From contig DCFS01000200.1 in assembly GCA_002319875.1 (NCBI GenBank), positions 1 to 59,759 of the forward strand: a stretch of 59,759 nucleotides of DNA, given 5' to 3'. Source of the DNA: Treponema sp. UBA1798. Lineage in GTDB: Bacteria > Spirochaetota > Spirochaetia > Treponematales > Treponemataceae. Made by a program: the position numbers and the translations under genes. The notes beneath the pieces are model-generated. The model had not been told where the DNA came from. It was given only the letters and a program-made list of their open reading frames with translations, and did no database searches. Shown here one piece after another: positions 15,982 through 25,785 of the stretch (positions are counted from its first letter, which is position 1; every line of letters begins with the position of its first letter).

Positions 15982-16497
15982 ATGGAACACCAGAAGAATT
16001 ATGAGAAGGAACCGAAAGATAAAGAGTTCGTAGAAAAGCTGGTCAAGCTGAACCGTACTGCGAAAGTAGTCAAGGGTGGACGCAGGTTTTCATTTGCTGC
16101 TCTTACCGTTGTTGGAGATCAGAAAGGCCGTGTCGGCTATGGTTTTGGTAAAGCCAATGATGTAACTGAAGCAATAAAAAAGAGTATAGACCGCGCTAAA
16201 AGGAATCTTGTGACTGTCCCTGTAAAAAATGGAACAGTTCCGCATGAAATTATTGGTAAATATAAGAGTTCATCTGTTCTTTTGAAACCGGCATGTCCTG
16301 GAACGGGCGTTATTGCAGGCGGTGCAGTACGGGCGATAATGGATGCAGCAGGGGCCACAGATGTGATTTCAAAATCACTCGGTTCCAGTGCTTCTGTAAA
16401 TGTCGTACGGGCAACCTTTAATGCAATAACACACATGATGGATGCACGCAAAGTTGCACAGAACAGGGGTAAAACTCTGGAAGAATTGTGGGGATAA
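15982..16497 (+). CDS. rpsE: 30S ribosomal protein S5
   Basis: RTAKVVKGGRRFSF, GTGVIAGG. Confidence 0.98.
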   Translation: MEHQKNYEKEPKDKEFVEKLVKLNRTAKVVKGGRRFSFAALTVVGDQKGRVGYGFGKANDVTEAIKKSIDRAKRNLVTVPVKNGTVPHEIIGKYKSSSVLLKPACPGTGVIAGGAVRAIMDAAGATDVISKSLGSSASVNVVRATFNAITHMMDARKVAQNRGKTLEELWG

Positions 16498-16500
16498 TCT

Positions 16501-16686
16501 ATGGCTAAAAAACTCAGGATTACTCTTGTTAAAAGTACAATCGGACAAAAGCCTGATAAAGTGGCAACGGTCCGTAGTCTTGGACTGAAAAAAATCAACT
16601 CTTTCGTTATGCATGAAGATTCAGATTCTATTCGTGGTATGATAGCTTCTGTTTCTCACATTGTGGAAGTAGAGGAGATGAAATAA
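16501..16686 (+). CDS. rpmD: 50S ribosomal protein L30
   Basis: ITLVKSTIG, LGLKKIN, IRGMI. Confidence 0.96.
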   Translation: MAKKLRITLVKSTIGQKPDKVATVRSLGLKKINSFVMHEDSDSIRGMIASVSHIVEVEEMK

Positions 16687-17252
16687 TGGCAGAATATAAT
16701 CCAGTTCTAAATGCACCGGAAGGCGCAAACAAGAAAAAAAGAATTATTGGCCGTGGATCATCTTCTGGACGCGGTACAACGGCTGGACGTGGAAGTAAAG
16801 GTCAGCAGTCAAGATCCGGTGGAAAAACATATATCGGATTTGAAGGCGGACAGATGCCGTTATATCGTCGGTTGGCACAGAAGGGTTTTTCAAATTATCC
16901 TTATAAGAAGGACTATATATGTCTTAATGTCTCCGATCTTGATGCAAAATATGCAGAAGGAGAAACTGTAGACAGGAAGACATTGTATGCAAAAGGTATG
17001 CTGAAGAGTGATGCTTCCTTTATTAAGATTCTGGGCGATGGCTCTATTACTAAAAAACTGACGGTAAATGTTGATAAAATGTCAGCATCGGCAAAAGAAA
17101 AAATTGAAAAGGCCGGCGGTAATGTAACAACAAAGGAACCTCTGAAAGAAAATAAAGTGAAACCTGCAAAAAAAACAGCAGGGAAAACTGAAAAAAAAGA
17201 TCACGTACCTTCTGCGAAAAAGACTTCAAAAAAAGCAGAAGAAAAGAAATAA
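16686..17252 (+). CDS. rplO: 50S ribosomal protein L15 with Lys-rich tail
   Basis: GRGSSSGRGTTAGRGSKGQ, GFEGGQMPLYRRL. Confidence 0.98.
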   Translation: MAEYNPVLNAPEGANKKKRIIGRGSSSGRGTTAGRGSKGQQSRSGGKTYIGFEGGQMPLYRRLAQKGFSNYPYKKDYICLNVSDLDAKYAEGETVDRKTLYAKGMLKSDASFIKILGDGSITKKLTVNVDKMSASAKEKIEKAGGNVTTKEPLKENKVKPAKKTAGKTEKKDHVPSAKKTSKKAEEKK

Positions 17253-17267
17253 ACGGCGGAGACAAAA

Positions 17268-18602
17268 ATGGCAAGCAATCCAATTGTGAATATGTTTAAA
17301 ATTAAGGAACTGCGGGACCGTATGTTCTTTACATTTATTGTTCTTGCTGTTTTCCGTCTCGGAAGCGTTCTGACTATACCTGGCATTGATGCAAGTGTAC
17401 TGTTGTCTTACTTCGATAATCTGGCAAAGCAGAATAAAAATGCCTTTGCCAGTTATATGGACTTCTTTGTCGGCGGTGCGTTTTCGAATTTTTCGATTTT
17501 CATGTTAGGCGTTATGCCTTACATATCGATGCAGATTATTATGCAGCTTGCACTGATTATCTTCCCGTCGTTAAAGCGTGCTGCACAGGAAGATGGTGGT
17601 CAGCAGAAAGTAGCAGGTTGGACGCGTATAGGAACAGTTTTTGTCTGTCTGATCCAGTCTCTTGCTGTGACGGTTTATGCAGAAAGCATCCCGGGTTCAA
17701 TTGTTCTGGAAAACAGTGTATTGTTCAGATTGCTTGCTATGTTGACGGTTACAACCGGTTCAATGGTGACAGTCTGGCTGGGTGATCAGATAACAGCTCA
17801 TGGTATTGGCAATGGCATTTCAATGTTGCTGTTTGCCGGTATAGTAGCCCGTCTGCCTCATGCTGTTGTTGAATTGAGCAACAAAGTAAAAGATGGCGAA
17901 ATTAACGTTGTTTTTGTAATTGTTGTGCTTGTGATGTTTCTTGGTATTATTGCTCTGGTCGTTTATGAAGAACAGGGTGAAAGAAAAATTCCTGTACATT
18001 ATGCAAAACGTGTTGTAGGCAGGAAAATGTATGGTGGTCAAAACACCTATATTCCATTCAAGATTAATCCGTCGAATGTTATTCCTGTAATTTTTGCTTC
18101 ATCGTTTTTAACATTCCCGTTACAGATTATATCGAGTTTTGGAAATAACCAGAATTCTGCGCGATGGGTAGGCAGGCTTTCTGCTTTTCTTACGCCGACA
18201 GGATGGTGGTATAATATTCTGATGGTTATTCTTATTATATTCTTTGCATACTTCTACACTCAGGTAACACTGAACCCCACTGAAATAGCTAAGAATGTAA
18301 GAGAGAACGGAGGCTCGATTCCGGGTATTCGTACTGATAAAACTGAGGAATATCTGCAAAAGGTGTTAAACCGGTTGATACTACCAGGATCACTGTTTCT
18401 CGCAGCAATAGCGGTATTGCCGACGGTTATTCAGAATTTTTTTGGATTTCCGCAGTCAATTTCCATGTTGATGGGAGGAACCTCACTGATTATTATGGTT
18501 GGTGTTGATCTGGATACGATGAGTCAGGTAGAAGCCCTGCTTAAAATGCATCATCATGATGGATTGGTAAAGAAGGGGAAAATTCGATCACGAAATCTGT
18601 AG
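17268..18602 (+). CDS. secY: Preprotein translocase SecY
   Basis: SIFMLGVMPYIS, GIGNGIS, IPGIR, GGTSLII; about 10 TM segments. Confidence 0.99.
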   Translation: MASNPIVNMFKIKELRDRMFFTFIVLAVFRLGSVLTIPGIDASVLLSYFDNLAKQNKNAFASYMDFFVGGAFSNFSIFMLGVMPYISMQIIMQLALIIFPSLKRAAQEDGGQQKVAGWTRIGTVFVCLIQSLAVTVYAESIPGSIVLENSVLFRLLAMLTVTTGSMVTVWLGDQITAHGIGNGISMLLFAGIVARLPHAVVELSNKVKDGEINVVFVIVVLVMFLGIIALVVYEEQGERKIPVHYAKRVVGRKMYGGQNTYIPFKINPSNVIPVIFASSFLTFPLQIISSFGNNQNSARWVGRLSAFLTPTGWWYNILMVILIIFFAYFYTQVTLNPTEIAKNVRENGGSIPGIRTDKTEEYLQKVLNRLILPGSLFLAAIAVLPTVIQNFFGFPQSISMLMGGTSLIIMVGVDLDTMSQVEALLKMHHHDGLVKKGKIRSRNL

Positions 18603-18715
18603 ATTTTGTGAATTATCTGTAGAACAAGTATTGGAATGTATGGTATAGTAATTGCTACGGATTGTAATTCATTGCGAGTTGCCATAATCCGTAAATACAT
18701 TCCAGGGGGACTTTT

Positions 18716-18829
18716 ATGAAAGTACGAACCAGCGTAAAGCCTATCTGTGATAAATGTAAGGTAATCAAACGGGGCGGTGTAGTCCGCATCATTTGTTCGA
18801 ACCCAAAACATAAGCAGAGACAGGGCTGA
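18716..18829 (+). CDS. rpmJ: 50S ribosomal protein L36 (Zn type; absent from the ORF track, 37 aa)
   Basis: Translated by hand: [37 protein letters not shown]; SD GGGGGA at 18705-18710. Confidence 0.98.
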   Translation: MKVRTSVKPICDKCKVIKRGGVVRIICSNPKHKQRQG

Positions 18830-18839
18830 GGAGTAGCAG

Positions 18840-19211
18840 ATGGCTCGAATTGCGGGAGTTGATCTCCCTAATAAACATGTCATAGTCGCTTTGACTTATA
18901 TTTATGGTATTGGTCGCTCGGCAGCCAAAACGATTTGTGAGAAATCAAAAATTGATCCTATGGCAATGATTAACGATCTTTCAACTGATGATCTTGCAAG
19001 ACTTCGCGAGGTTATCGATAAAGAGTATAAAGTTGAAGGACGTCTTCGCACAGAAATTGGTCTTAATATCAAACGTCTTATGGATATCGGCTGTTACCGT
19101 GGCTTGCGTCACCGTAAGGGGCTTCCTGTCCGTGGCCAGCGTACACGTACCAATGCTCGTACCCGCAAGGGCAAAAAGAAGACAGTTGCTAACAAGAAAA
19201 AAGCAGTCTAA
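18840..19211 (+). CDS. rpsM: 30S ribosomal protein S13
   Basis: [28 protein letters not shown]. Confidence 0.99.
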   Translation: MARIAGVDLPNKHVIVALTYIYGIGRSAAKTICEKSKIDPMAMINDLSTDDLARLREVIDKEYKVEGRLRTEIGLNIKRLMDIGCYRGLRHRKGLPVRGQRTRTNARTRKGKKKTVANKKKAV

Positions 19212-19227
19212 GGCGGAGGATGAGTAA

Positions 19228-19608
19228 GTGGCTACTGTAAAGAAGAGAAAAGAAAAGAAGAGCGTCTATGAAGGAAATGTGTATATTCAGGCGACGTTCA
19301 ATAATACTATTGTAACTATTACCGATCTGAATGGTAATACGCTTTCCTGGGCATCTTCAGGCGGACTTGGATTTCGCGGAGCTAAGAAATCGACTCCGTT
19401 TGCAGCTCAGTCAGTTGCAGAAACTGCTGTGCAAAAGGCAGTAAGTTACGGCCTGCGGGAAGTTCACGTATTTGTAAAAGGACCAGGGATGGGACGTGAG
19501 AATGCAATCCGTTCTCTTGGTTCTTTGGGGTTAAAGGTGAAATCGATTTCCGATGTTACACCTATTCCGCATAACGGATGTCGCCCACGTAAAACTCGCC
19601 GCATGTAA
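19228..19608 (+). CDS. rpsK: 30S ribosomal protein S11
   Basis: [27 protein letters not shown]. Confidence 0.99.
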   Translation: MATVKKRKEKKSVYEGNVYIQATFNNTIVTITDLNGNTLSWASSGGLGFRGAKKSTPFAAQSVAETAVQKAVSYGLREVHVFVKGPGMGRENAIRSLGSLGLKVKSISDVTPIPHNGCRPRKTRRM

Positions 19609-19623
19609 GGAGAATACCAGGAA

Positions 19624-20259
19624 ATGGCAAGATATACAGGTCCTATCTGCAGACTTTGCAGAACTGAACAAACTAAACTGTTCCTGAAAGGAGATCGCTG
19701 TAAGAGCGATAAGTGCCCTATTAATAGAAAACGTGGAGCACCCGGTAAAGATCCGAAGCTGAGAAGCGGGAAACGCAGTGAATACGGTTTACAGCTTCGT
19801 GAGAAGCAGAAGATTAAACGTATGTATGGTATGCTTGAAAAGCAGTTTTATCTGACATACGATCGTGCTCTGCATATGCCCGGAGTAACAGGTGCAAACC
19901 TTGTTACATTACTTGAATCCCGGTTGGATAATGTTGTATTCAGAATGCATTTTGCTGTAAACCGTACACAGGCCCGTCAATTGGTTCTTCATGGACATAT
20001 CCTCGTGAATGGTAAATGTGTTAACATTCCCAGTTATAATGTAAAGCAGGGTGATGTTGTCGAGGTAAAGGAAAAGAGCAGAAAACTTACAGTAGTTCAA
20101 GACGCTTTAAAAGAAGTTTCTAAGTCTGGCAATGTGCCCTGGATTACGCTTGATGTTGATGCTGTAAAAGGAACCTTTACGGCAAATCCTCGTCGTGAAG
20201 AAGTTACTGATTTGGCCAATATTAAAGAACAGCTCGTGGTTGAGCTCTATTCTAAATAA
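19624..20259 (+). CDS. rpsD: 30S ribosomal protein S4
   Basis: MARYTGP, SEYGLQLREKQK, LESRLDNVVFR, VELYSK. Confidence 0.99.
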   Translation: MARYTGPICRLCRTEQTKLFLKGDRCKSDKCPINRKRGAPGKDPKLRSGKRSEYGLQLREKQKIKRMYGMLEKQFYLTYDRALHMPGVTGANLVTLLESRLDNVVFRMHFAVNRTQARQLVLHGHILVNGKCVNIPSYNVKQGDVVEVKEKSRKLTVVQDALKEVSKSGNVPWITLDVDAVKGTFTANPRREEVTDLANIKEQLVVELYSK

Positions 20260-20268
20260 GGAGTTCAG

Positions 20269-21324
20269 ATGGCTCGCAAAAATCTGCTTAAAGGTTTTAA
20301 AAGACCGAAAGGCATTGCATTTGAGCATCTTGAAACGAATCCTAATTACGGAAAGTTTATTGCATATCCTTTTGAAACAGGATTTGGTACAACCGTGGGA
20401 AATACTTTACGGCGCGTACTGCTCTCATCGATTCAGGGATATGCAATCACATCCGTCCGGATTACTTCATATGATGCTGACGGTGTTCCTCATGTCATTT
20501 CCAGCGAATTCGAAACCATTCCAAATGTGGAAGAAGATACGTTGGAAATACTGAACAGCTTGAAACAGATACGTTTGCGGCTCCCTGGAGACACCGAGCA
20601 GGATACTATCCTGTACGAGTTTAAAGGTCCTGGTACTATTAAAAGCGATAATTTCGCTAAAGATGGAGCTCTTGAAATCATGTCAAAAGATCAGCAGATC
20701 TTTACAATGATGGATGGTGCACGCCTTGATTTTGAAATTCAGGTTGATCTGGGCAGGGGATATGTTCCTGCAGAAGTGAATGAGCATTATATAGAAGTTG
20801 TCGGAACTATTCCCATGGATGCTATTTTTACGCCTGTACCCAAGGTGAAATATTCTATTGAACCTTGTCGTGTCGGTCAGCGAAATGATTATGATAAGCT
20901 TGTCCTGGAAATATGGACAGACGGTACTATAAAACCGGAAGATGCACTGGCTGAAGCTGCAAAAATTGCAAAGGATCACTTTTCAATTTTTGTAAACTTT
21001 AATGACAGTGAATATAACGGTGGAGATGATCTGGACGAAGGTGATGAACAGATTCGTGCTCTCTTAAACACACCGGTTGAGGAACTTGAACTTTCGGTAC
21101 GTTCTTCGAATTGTCTGAAAAATGCCAATATCCGAACGATCGGTGAATTAACAAAAAAGACGGAAGACGATATTGCCAAAACTCGCAACTTTGGTAAAAA
21201 GAGTTTAACTGAGATAAAGGAAAAACTCCTTGAGTGGAACCTGACTCTCGGCATGACAGATTACAGTCATCTGAAGAATGCTGTCAATCTAACAAAGCAG
21301 AAGGAAGAAACAGATGAATCATAA
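20269..21324 (+). CDS. rpoA: RNA polymerase alpha subunit
   Basis: [35 protein letters not shown]. Confidence 0.99.
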   Translation: MARKNLLKGFKRPKGIAFEHLETNPNYGKFIAYPFETGFGTTVGNTLRRVLLSSIQGYAITSVRITSYDADGVPHVISSEFETIPNVEEDTLEILNSLKQIRLRLPGDTEQDTILYEFKGPGTIKSDNFAKDGALEIMSKDQQIFTMMDGARLDFEIQVDLGRGYVPAEVNEHYIEVVGTIPMDAIFTPVPKVKYSIEPCRVGQRNDYDKLVLEIWTDGTIKPEDALAEAAKIAKDHFSIFVNFNDSEYNGGDDLDEGDEQIRALLNTPVEELELSVRSSNCLKNANIRTIGELTKKTEDDIAKTRNFGKKSLTEIKEKLLEWNLTLGMTDYSHLKNAVNLTKQKEETDES

Positions 21325-21922
21325 AAATGGGTTTAATCCGCTTTCACGTACAACAGCTCACCGCCGTGCAATGTCACGGAATATGGTTACATCGCTCTTC
21401 AGATTTGAGCGTATTACCACAACACAGCAAAAAGCTCTGGAAGTAAGGAAAGCTGCTGAAAAGCTTATAACAAGAAGTAAGGTTGATACGGTTCATAACC
21501 GTCGTCAGGTAGCAAAATATATTCAGGATGAGAAAATCTTGAATAAGCTCTTTACGGAAATTGGTACACGTATGAAAGAGCGTAAGGGTGGGTATACACG
21601 CATCCTTAAGCTTGGATTCCGTCAGGGTGATACTGCTGATATGGTAATCCTTGAGCTTGTTGATTATAAGCTTGATACGGAAGCTGAAGCTAAAAAGGCA
21701 GAGAAGAAAGTTCAAAAAACAACTTCTGCCAATACGGAAACAGTTTCAAAGGAACCTGAAAAAGAGGTAAAGAGCGTTTCCAAGCTGGAAACAGCTGGAA
21801 AAGAAGCAGTTGCAGCAAAAACTCCTGCTAAGGCAAAAAAATCGCCAGCGGCTAAAACAGCTAAAGCCAAAACACCCGAAGCGGATAAAAAAGCCGATAA
21901 GGATGCCGGGAAAAAGGAGTAG
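21314..21922 (+). CDS. rplQ: 50S ribosomal protein L17 with about 80-aa Lys/Ala-rich tail
   Basis: [25 protein letters not shown]. Confidence 0.98.
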   Translation: MNHKNGFNPLSRTTAHRRAMSRNMVTSLFRFERITTTQQKALEVRKAAEKLITRSKVDTVHNRRQVAKYIQDEKILNKLFTEIGTRMKERKGGYTRILKLGFRQGDTADMVILELVDYKLDTEAEAKKAEKKVQKTTSANTETVSKEPEKEVKSVSKLETAGKEAVAAKTPAKAKKSPAAKTAKAKTPEADKKADKDAGKKE

Positions 21923-21925
21923 AAT

Positions 21926-22180
21926 ATGTCCAAAAATCATCGTGGAAGCGGTCTTCGTGCACAACCGGCTCATGGACGGGGCGTGTGTCCGATATGCCAT
22001 AAGGAAAATATAAAGGTTCTTTATGAGCAGGAAATTGATGGCCAGAAAGTAAAAATCTGTAAATATTGTAAGGCTGCCTTAAAAAATAAGGCACTAAAAA
22101 ACAAGAAAGCTGCATCACCTGCTGGTGTATCTGCTGCCCAGCCAGCGCCCGTTGCCGAAAAGACTTCAGCAGAAAATTAA
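21926..22180 (+). CDS. Small basic Zn-ribbon protein, last gene of the ribosomal supercluster
   Basis: SD AAGGAG inside the rplQ 3' end, ATG 3 nt after the rplQ stop; CPIC...CKYC; followed by the operon terminator. Confidence 0.85.
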   Translation: MSKNHRGSGLRAQPAHGRGVCPICHKENIKVLYEQEIDGQKVKICKYCKAALKNKALKNKKAASPAGVSAAQPAPVAEKTSAEN

Positions 22181-22200
22181 TTTGAAAGTGCGCTTTCAAT

Positions 22201-22236
22201 AAGCCGTCCTTTATACAGGGACGGCTTTATTATTTA
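22201..22236 (+). terminator. Intrinsic terminator of the alpha operon
   Basis: AAGCCGTCCTT-TATAC-AGGGACGGCTT then TATTATTT; smaller hairpin TTGAAAG-TGCG-CTTTCAA just upstream. Confidence 0.75.
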
Positions 22237-22317
22237 TGTATTTTGTACTTTCGGGAAGAAAAAACTTTACAAATAATTAATAATTTTATAATATATAATA
22301 AAGTTTGGAGGTGATTT

Positions 22318-23463
22318 ATGAAGAAAATGGCACAGTTGTCATTTTTCGGTCTGATTGCATGTATGGCCGGCACCCTTTTAGGGTGTTCTAAAGGTAGTGG
22401 AAATTCGATTACCATAGGAGGTATATTTCCTCTTTCAGGTTCTGTTGCTGTATATGGTGTAGAATGCAAAAATGGTATTGACCTTGCAATAGAAGAAATT
22501 AATAGTGCCGGTGGTATTAACGGAAAACAGGTAACTTTACTCAGCGAAGATGATGAAGGAAATCCTGATAAAACGGTAAATGCTTTTAAGAAATTGACAA
22601 CGAAGGATCATGTAAAGATTATAATAGGATCTTTGACTTCCGGATGTACACAGGCAATTACAACGCTTTCTCAGGCAAGTAAAATTGTACAGATTGCTCC
22701 TGCGGCAACGGCACCTGCTATTACGGATGCAGGTGATTATATTTTCCGGGCATGTTTTATAGATCCTTTTCAGGGAACTGTCGGTGGTAAATTTGCAACT
22801 GGTGATCTGGGATGTAAAAAGGCTGCCATTTTATATGATGTAGGTAATGATTATTCTGTTGGTCTGACGGATAATTTTGAAAAATCTTTTACTGATGCAG
22901 GCGGTCAGATCGTAGCAAAAGAGTCGTATAGTACCGGGGATAAAGATTTTAATGCACAGCTGACAAAGATCAAAAATGCTTCTCCTGATGTTGTTTATCT
23001 GCCTGATTATTACGGAACTGTTGCCCTTATTGCAAAACAGCTTAGGGCTCAGGGAATAAATACTCCCATAGTTGGTGCAGATGGATGGGATGGTCTGACG
23101 GATAATGCTGGTGATGAAGTTTTGAACGGTTTTTATTCAAATCATTATGCTTCGGATTCTACCAATCCTGCGGTACAGAAATTTGTCAAGGCTTTTAATA
23201 CTAAATACGGGAAGGATCCTAATTCTTTTGCGGCTCTTGGATATGATTGTGTTTATATGTTGAGGGATGCTATTGTAAAGGCTGGCTCAACAGATTCTGC
23301 ATCAGTTAAAGATGCTCTCGCTGCAACGAATGGTGATTATGTGACAGGGCACTTGACATTTAATGAAAAACATAATCCTGTTAAATCTGCGGTAATACTT
23401 GAACTTGTTAAAGGCGATAACGGAAAACTGAAAACCGTGTATAAAACAACGGTAAATCCGTAA
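22318..23463 (+). CDS. Branched-chain amino-acid ABC substrate-binding lipoprotein (LivJ/LivK family)
   Basis: Lipobox LLGC; PLSG..AVYG, INSAGGING, YIFRACFID. Confidence 0.93.
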   Translation: MKKMAQLSFFGLIACMAGTLLGCSKGSGNSITIGGIFPLSGSVAVYGVECKNGIDLAIEEINSAGGINGKQVTLLSEDDEGNPDKTVNAFKKLTTKDHVKIIIGSLTSGCTQAITTLSQASKIVQIAPAATAPAITDAGDYIFRACFIDPFQGTVGGKFATGDLGCKKAAILYDVGNDYSVGLTDNFEKSFTDAGGQIVAKESYSTGDKDFNAQLTKIKNASPDVVYLPDYYGTVALIAKQLRAQGINTPIVGADGWDGLTDNAGDEVLNGFYSNHYASDSTNPAVQKFVKAFNTKYGKDPNSFAALGYDCVYMLRDAIVKAGSTDSASVKDALAATNGDYVTGHLTFNEKHNPVKSAVILELVKGDNGKLKTVYKTTVNP

Positions 23464-23509
23464 ATACTACTTGCATAAATATCATTGCTGTTTTATCTTG
23501 TAGTTATGC

Positions 23510-23551
23510 AAAGAGGCATCTATCTTTATGGGTAGATGCCTCTTTTATTTT
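23510..23551 (+). terminator. Terminator-like hairpin between the two binding-protein genes
   Basis: AAAGAGGCATCTATC-loop-GGTAGATGCCTCTTT followed by TATTTT. Confidence 0.7.
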
Positions 23552-23565
23552 CGGAGGTGTTGTTT

Positions 23566-24717
23566 ATGAAGAAGTTTTTAAGAGTTTTGTTTCTTTGTTT
23601 CCTGCCGTTTGCAGTCGCAGGACTCGCAGCGGCCAATGGTACAAAGGATTCGTCAGGTACTATCAAAGTCGGTGGTATTCTTCCTCTTTCCGGTGCTGTA
23701 GCTGTATATGGTAATCAGAGCAAGATGGGCGTAGAACTTGCCATTGCAGAAATTAATGCTGCTGGCGGAATTAATGGGAAAAAACTTGAATTTATCTGTG
23801 AAGATGACGAAGGGAATCCTGATAAAACAGTTAATGCATTCAAAAAACTTACGGTAAAAGACGGTGTTAAATTTATAATCGGTTCCTGTACCTCCGGTTG
23901 TACTAAAGCTATAACGACGCTTGCCCAGGCGCAGAAAGTTATTATTATAACACCATCTGCAACTAATTATAATATTACGGATGCCGGTAATTATATTTTC
24001 AGAGCATGTTTTATAGATCCTTTTCAGGGAATTGTAGGTGCGAAATTCGCATTTAATACGCTTAGAGTAAAGAAAGCCGCTGTACTTTATGATGTAGGTA
24101 ATGATTATTGTGCCGGTTTGCAGGATAATTTTCAAAAAGCATTTAAATCCTATGGTGGTGAAATTGTTGCTGTTGAATCCTATGCTACTGGTGACAAGGA
24201 CTTTAATGCACAGCTGACAAAGATAAAGAATGCAAGTCCGGAGTTGATTTATATTCCCGATTATTATGGTACTGTCGCTCTTATAGCAAAGCAGCTGCGT
24301 GCGCAGGGAATTAATTGTCCTCTGCTCGGCGGTGATGGCTGGGATGGTCTTGAATCGAATGCTGGAGATGAAGTTCTTAATGGCTATTATTCAAATCATT
24401 TTACAGCAGATTCTTCGGATCCTGCCGTAAAGCGTTTTGTTAAAGCTTTTACCGAAAAAAATGGTAAAGCCCCAAACTCTTTTGCAGCGTTGGGATATGA
24501 CTGTCTCAGTCTCTATAAAGACGCAATTCTGAAAGCAAAGTCTGTAGATCCCGCAGCTGTATGTGCAGCTATGGAGGCAACAGATGGCGCGTATATTACC
24601 GGACATTTAACATTTGACAAACACCACGACCCCCAGAAATCTGCTGTTATTCTGGAAATGGTCAAAGGTCCGGATGGAAAGCTTACTACTGCTTATAAAG
24701 CTACCGTTAATCCGTAA
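23566..24717 (+). CDS. Second branched-chain amino-acid ABC substrate-binding protein (tandem paralog)
   Basis: SD GGAGGTG then ATG 23566; long blocks identical to the first copy (EDDEGNPDKTVNAFKKLT, PDYYGTVALIAKQLRAQGIN). Confidence 0.93.
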   Translation: MKKFLRVLFLCFLPFAVAGLAAANGTKDSSGTIKVGGILPLSGAVAVYGNQSKMGVELAIAEINAAGGINGKKLEFICEDDEGNPDKTVNAFKKLTVKDGVKFIIGSCTSGCTKAITTLAQAQKVIIITPSATNYNITDAGNYIFRACFIDPFQGIVGAKFAFNTLRVKKAAVLYDVGNDYCAGLQDNFQKAFKSYGGEIVAVESYATGDKDFNAQLTKIKNASPELIYIPDYYGTVALIAKQLRAQGINCPLLGGDGWDGLESNAGDEVLNGYYSNHFTADSSDPAVKRFVKAFTEKNGKAPNSFAALGYDCLSLYKDAILKAKSVDPAAVCAAMEATDGAYITGHLTFDKHHDPQKSAVILEMVKGPDGKLTTAYKATVNP

Positions 24718-24743
24718 TTATAGAAACCGGACATCATTAAAGA

Positions 24744-24788
24744 AGTAAAGCATTTCCAAAAGTTATTTACTTCTGGAAATGCTTTACT
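24744..24788 (+). other. Long hairpin between binding-protein and permease genes (likely mRNA stabiliser)
   Basis: AGTAAAGCATTTCCA ... TGGAAATGCTTTACT perfect 15-bp arms. Confidence 0.6.
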
Positions 24789-24866
24789 AAAAATCAGCTG
24801 GTACTTCTTTACTAATTGAAGACCGTATTGTAAAATAACAAAAATTGGTTTATACCGGAGGGAATA

Positions 24867-25766
24867 TTGAATACCGGGTTGGTTTTTTTACAGCAGCTTA
24901 TAAATGGCTTGTCGCTAGGTAGTATTTATGCTCTTATTGCACTTGGCTACACCATGGTATATGGAATTGTTAAACTGATCAATTTTGCACATGGTGATGT
25001 GATGATGATCGGAGCCTATACAGGATATTTCATCCTGCTGGCGCTGGGGACTACTGTCCCCGGAATGACTCTTGCTTTTTTGGGAGCTATGGCGGTATGC
25101 GGGTTTTTATCAATCGCCATCGAACGTTTTGCCTATAGACCGCTCAGGAATGCGCCCAGGTTGAATTCTCTGATAACAGCTATTGCTGTAGAACTTATTC
25201 TGCAAAATGCAATGCGCGTATTACCTTTTGTTGGACCTGATCCACGCCAGTTCCCGACAATAAAAATAGAAAATTTTACTATTGGTGCTGTTTCTGTTTC
25301 AAATATTCAGCTGATTGTAATAGTCTTTAGTGCAGTTCTTATGATTTTGTTGAATTATATTGTTAATTATACGAAGACAGGAAAGTCAATGCAGGCTGTT
25401 TCATTTGATTTGCAGGCTTCAAGTCTTATGGGAATAAGCGTTAACCGGACAATTGCTTTCACTTTTGCTCTCGGATCTATACTTGCAGGTGCGGGAGGAA
25501 TTCTTTATGCAACTGCATATCCGCAGATAGATCCGCTCATGGGGTATATGCCGGGGTTAAAGGCTTTTATTGCCGCTGTCCTTGGAGGAATCGGATCTAT
25601 CCCCGGTGCCATGTTGGGAGGAATTATACTTGGAATAGCTGAGACGCTGACCAAGGGATTCCTGTCTTCACAATTTGCTGATGCTATTTCTTTTTCAATA
25701 CTGATAATCATTCTGCTGGTAAAACCGACAGGTATTTTTGGTGAAAAGATACGGGTCAAGGTTTAA
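24867..25766 (+). CDS. livH: Branched-chain amino-acid ABC permease LivH
   Basis: TTG start; GSIYALIALGYTMVYG..INFAHG, AVLGGIGS. Confidence 0.93.
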   Translation: MNTGLVFLQQLINGLSLGSIYALIALGYTMVYGIVKLINFAHGDVMMIGAYTGYFILLALGTTVPGMTLAFLGAMAVCGFLSIAIERFAYRPLRNAPRLNSLITAIAVELILQNAMRVLPFVGPDPRQFPTIKIENFTIGAVSVSNIQLIVIVFSAVLMILLNYIVNYTKTGKSMQAVSFDLQASSLMGISVNRTIAFTFALGSILAGAGGILYATAYPQIDPLMGYMPGLKAFIAAVLGGIGSIPGAMLGGIILGIAETLTKGFLSSQFADAISFSILIIILLVKPTGIFGEKIRVKV

Positions 25767-25785
25767 GAGAGGCAGGAGGTATCAT

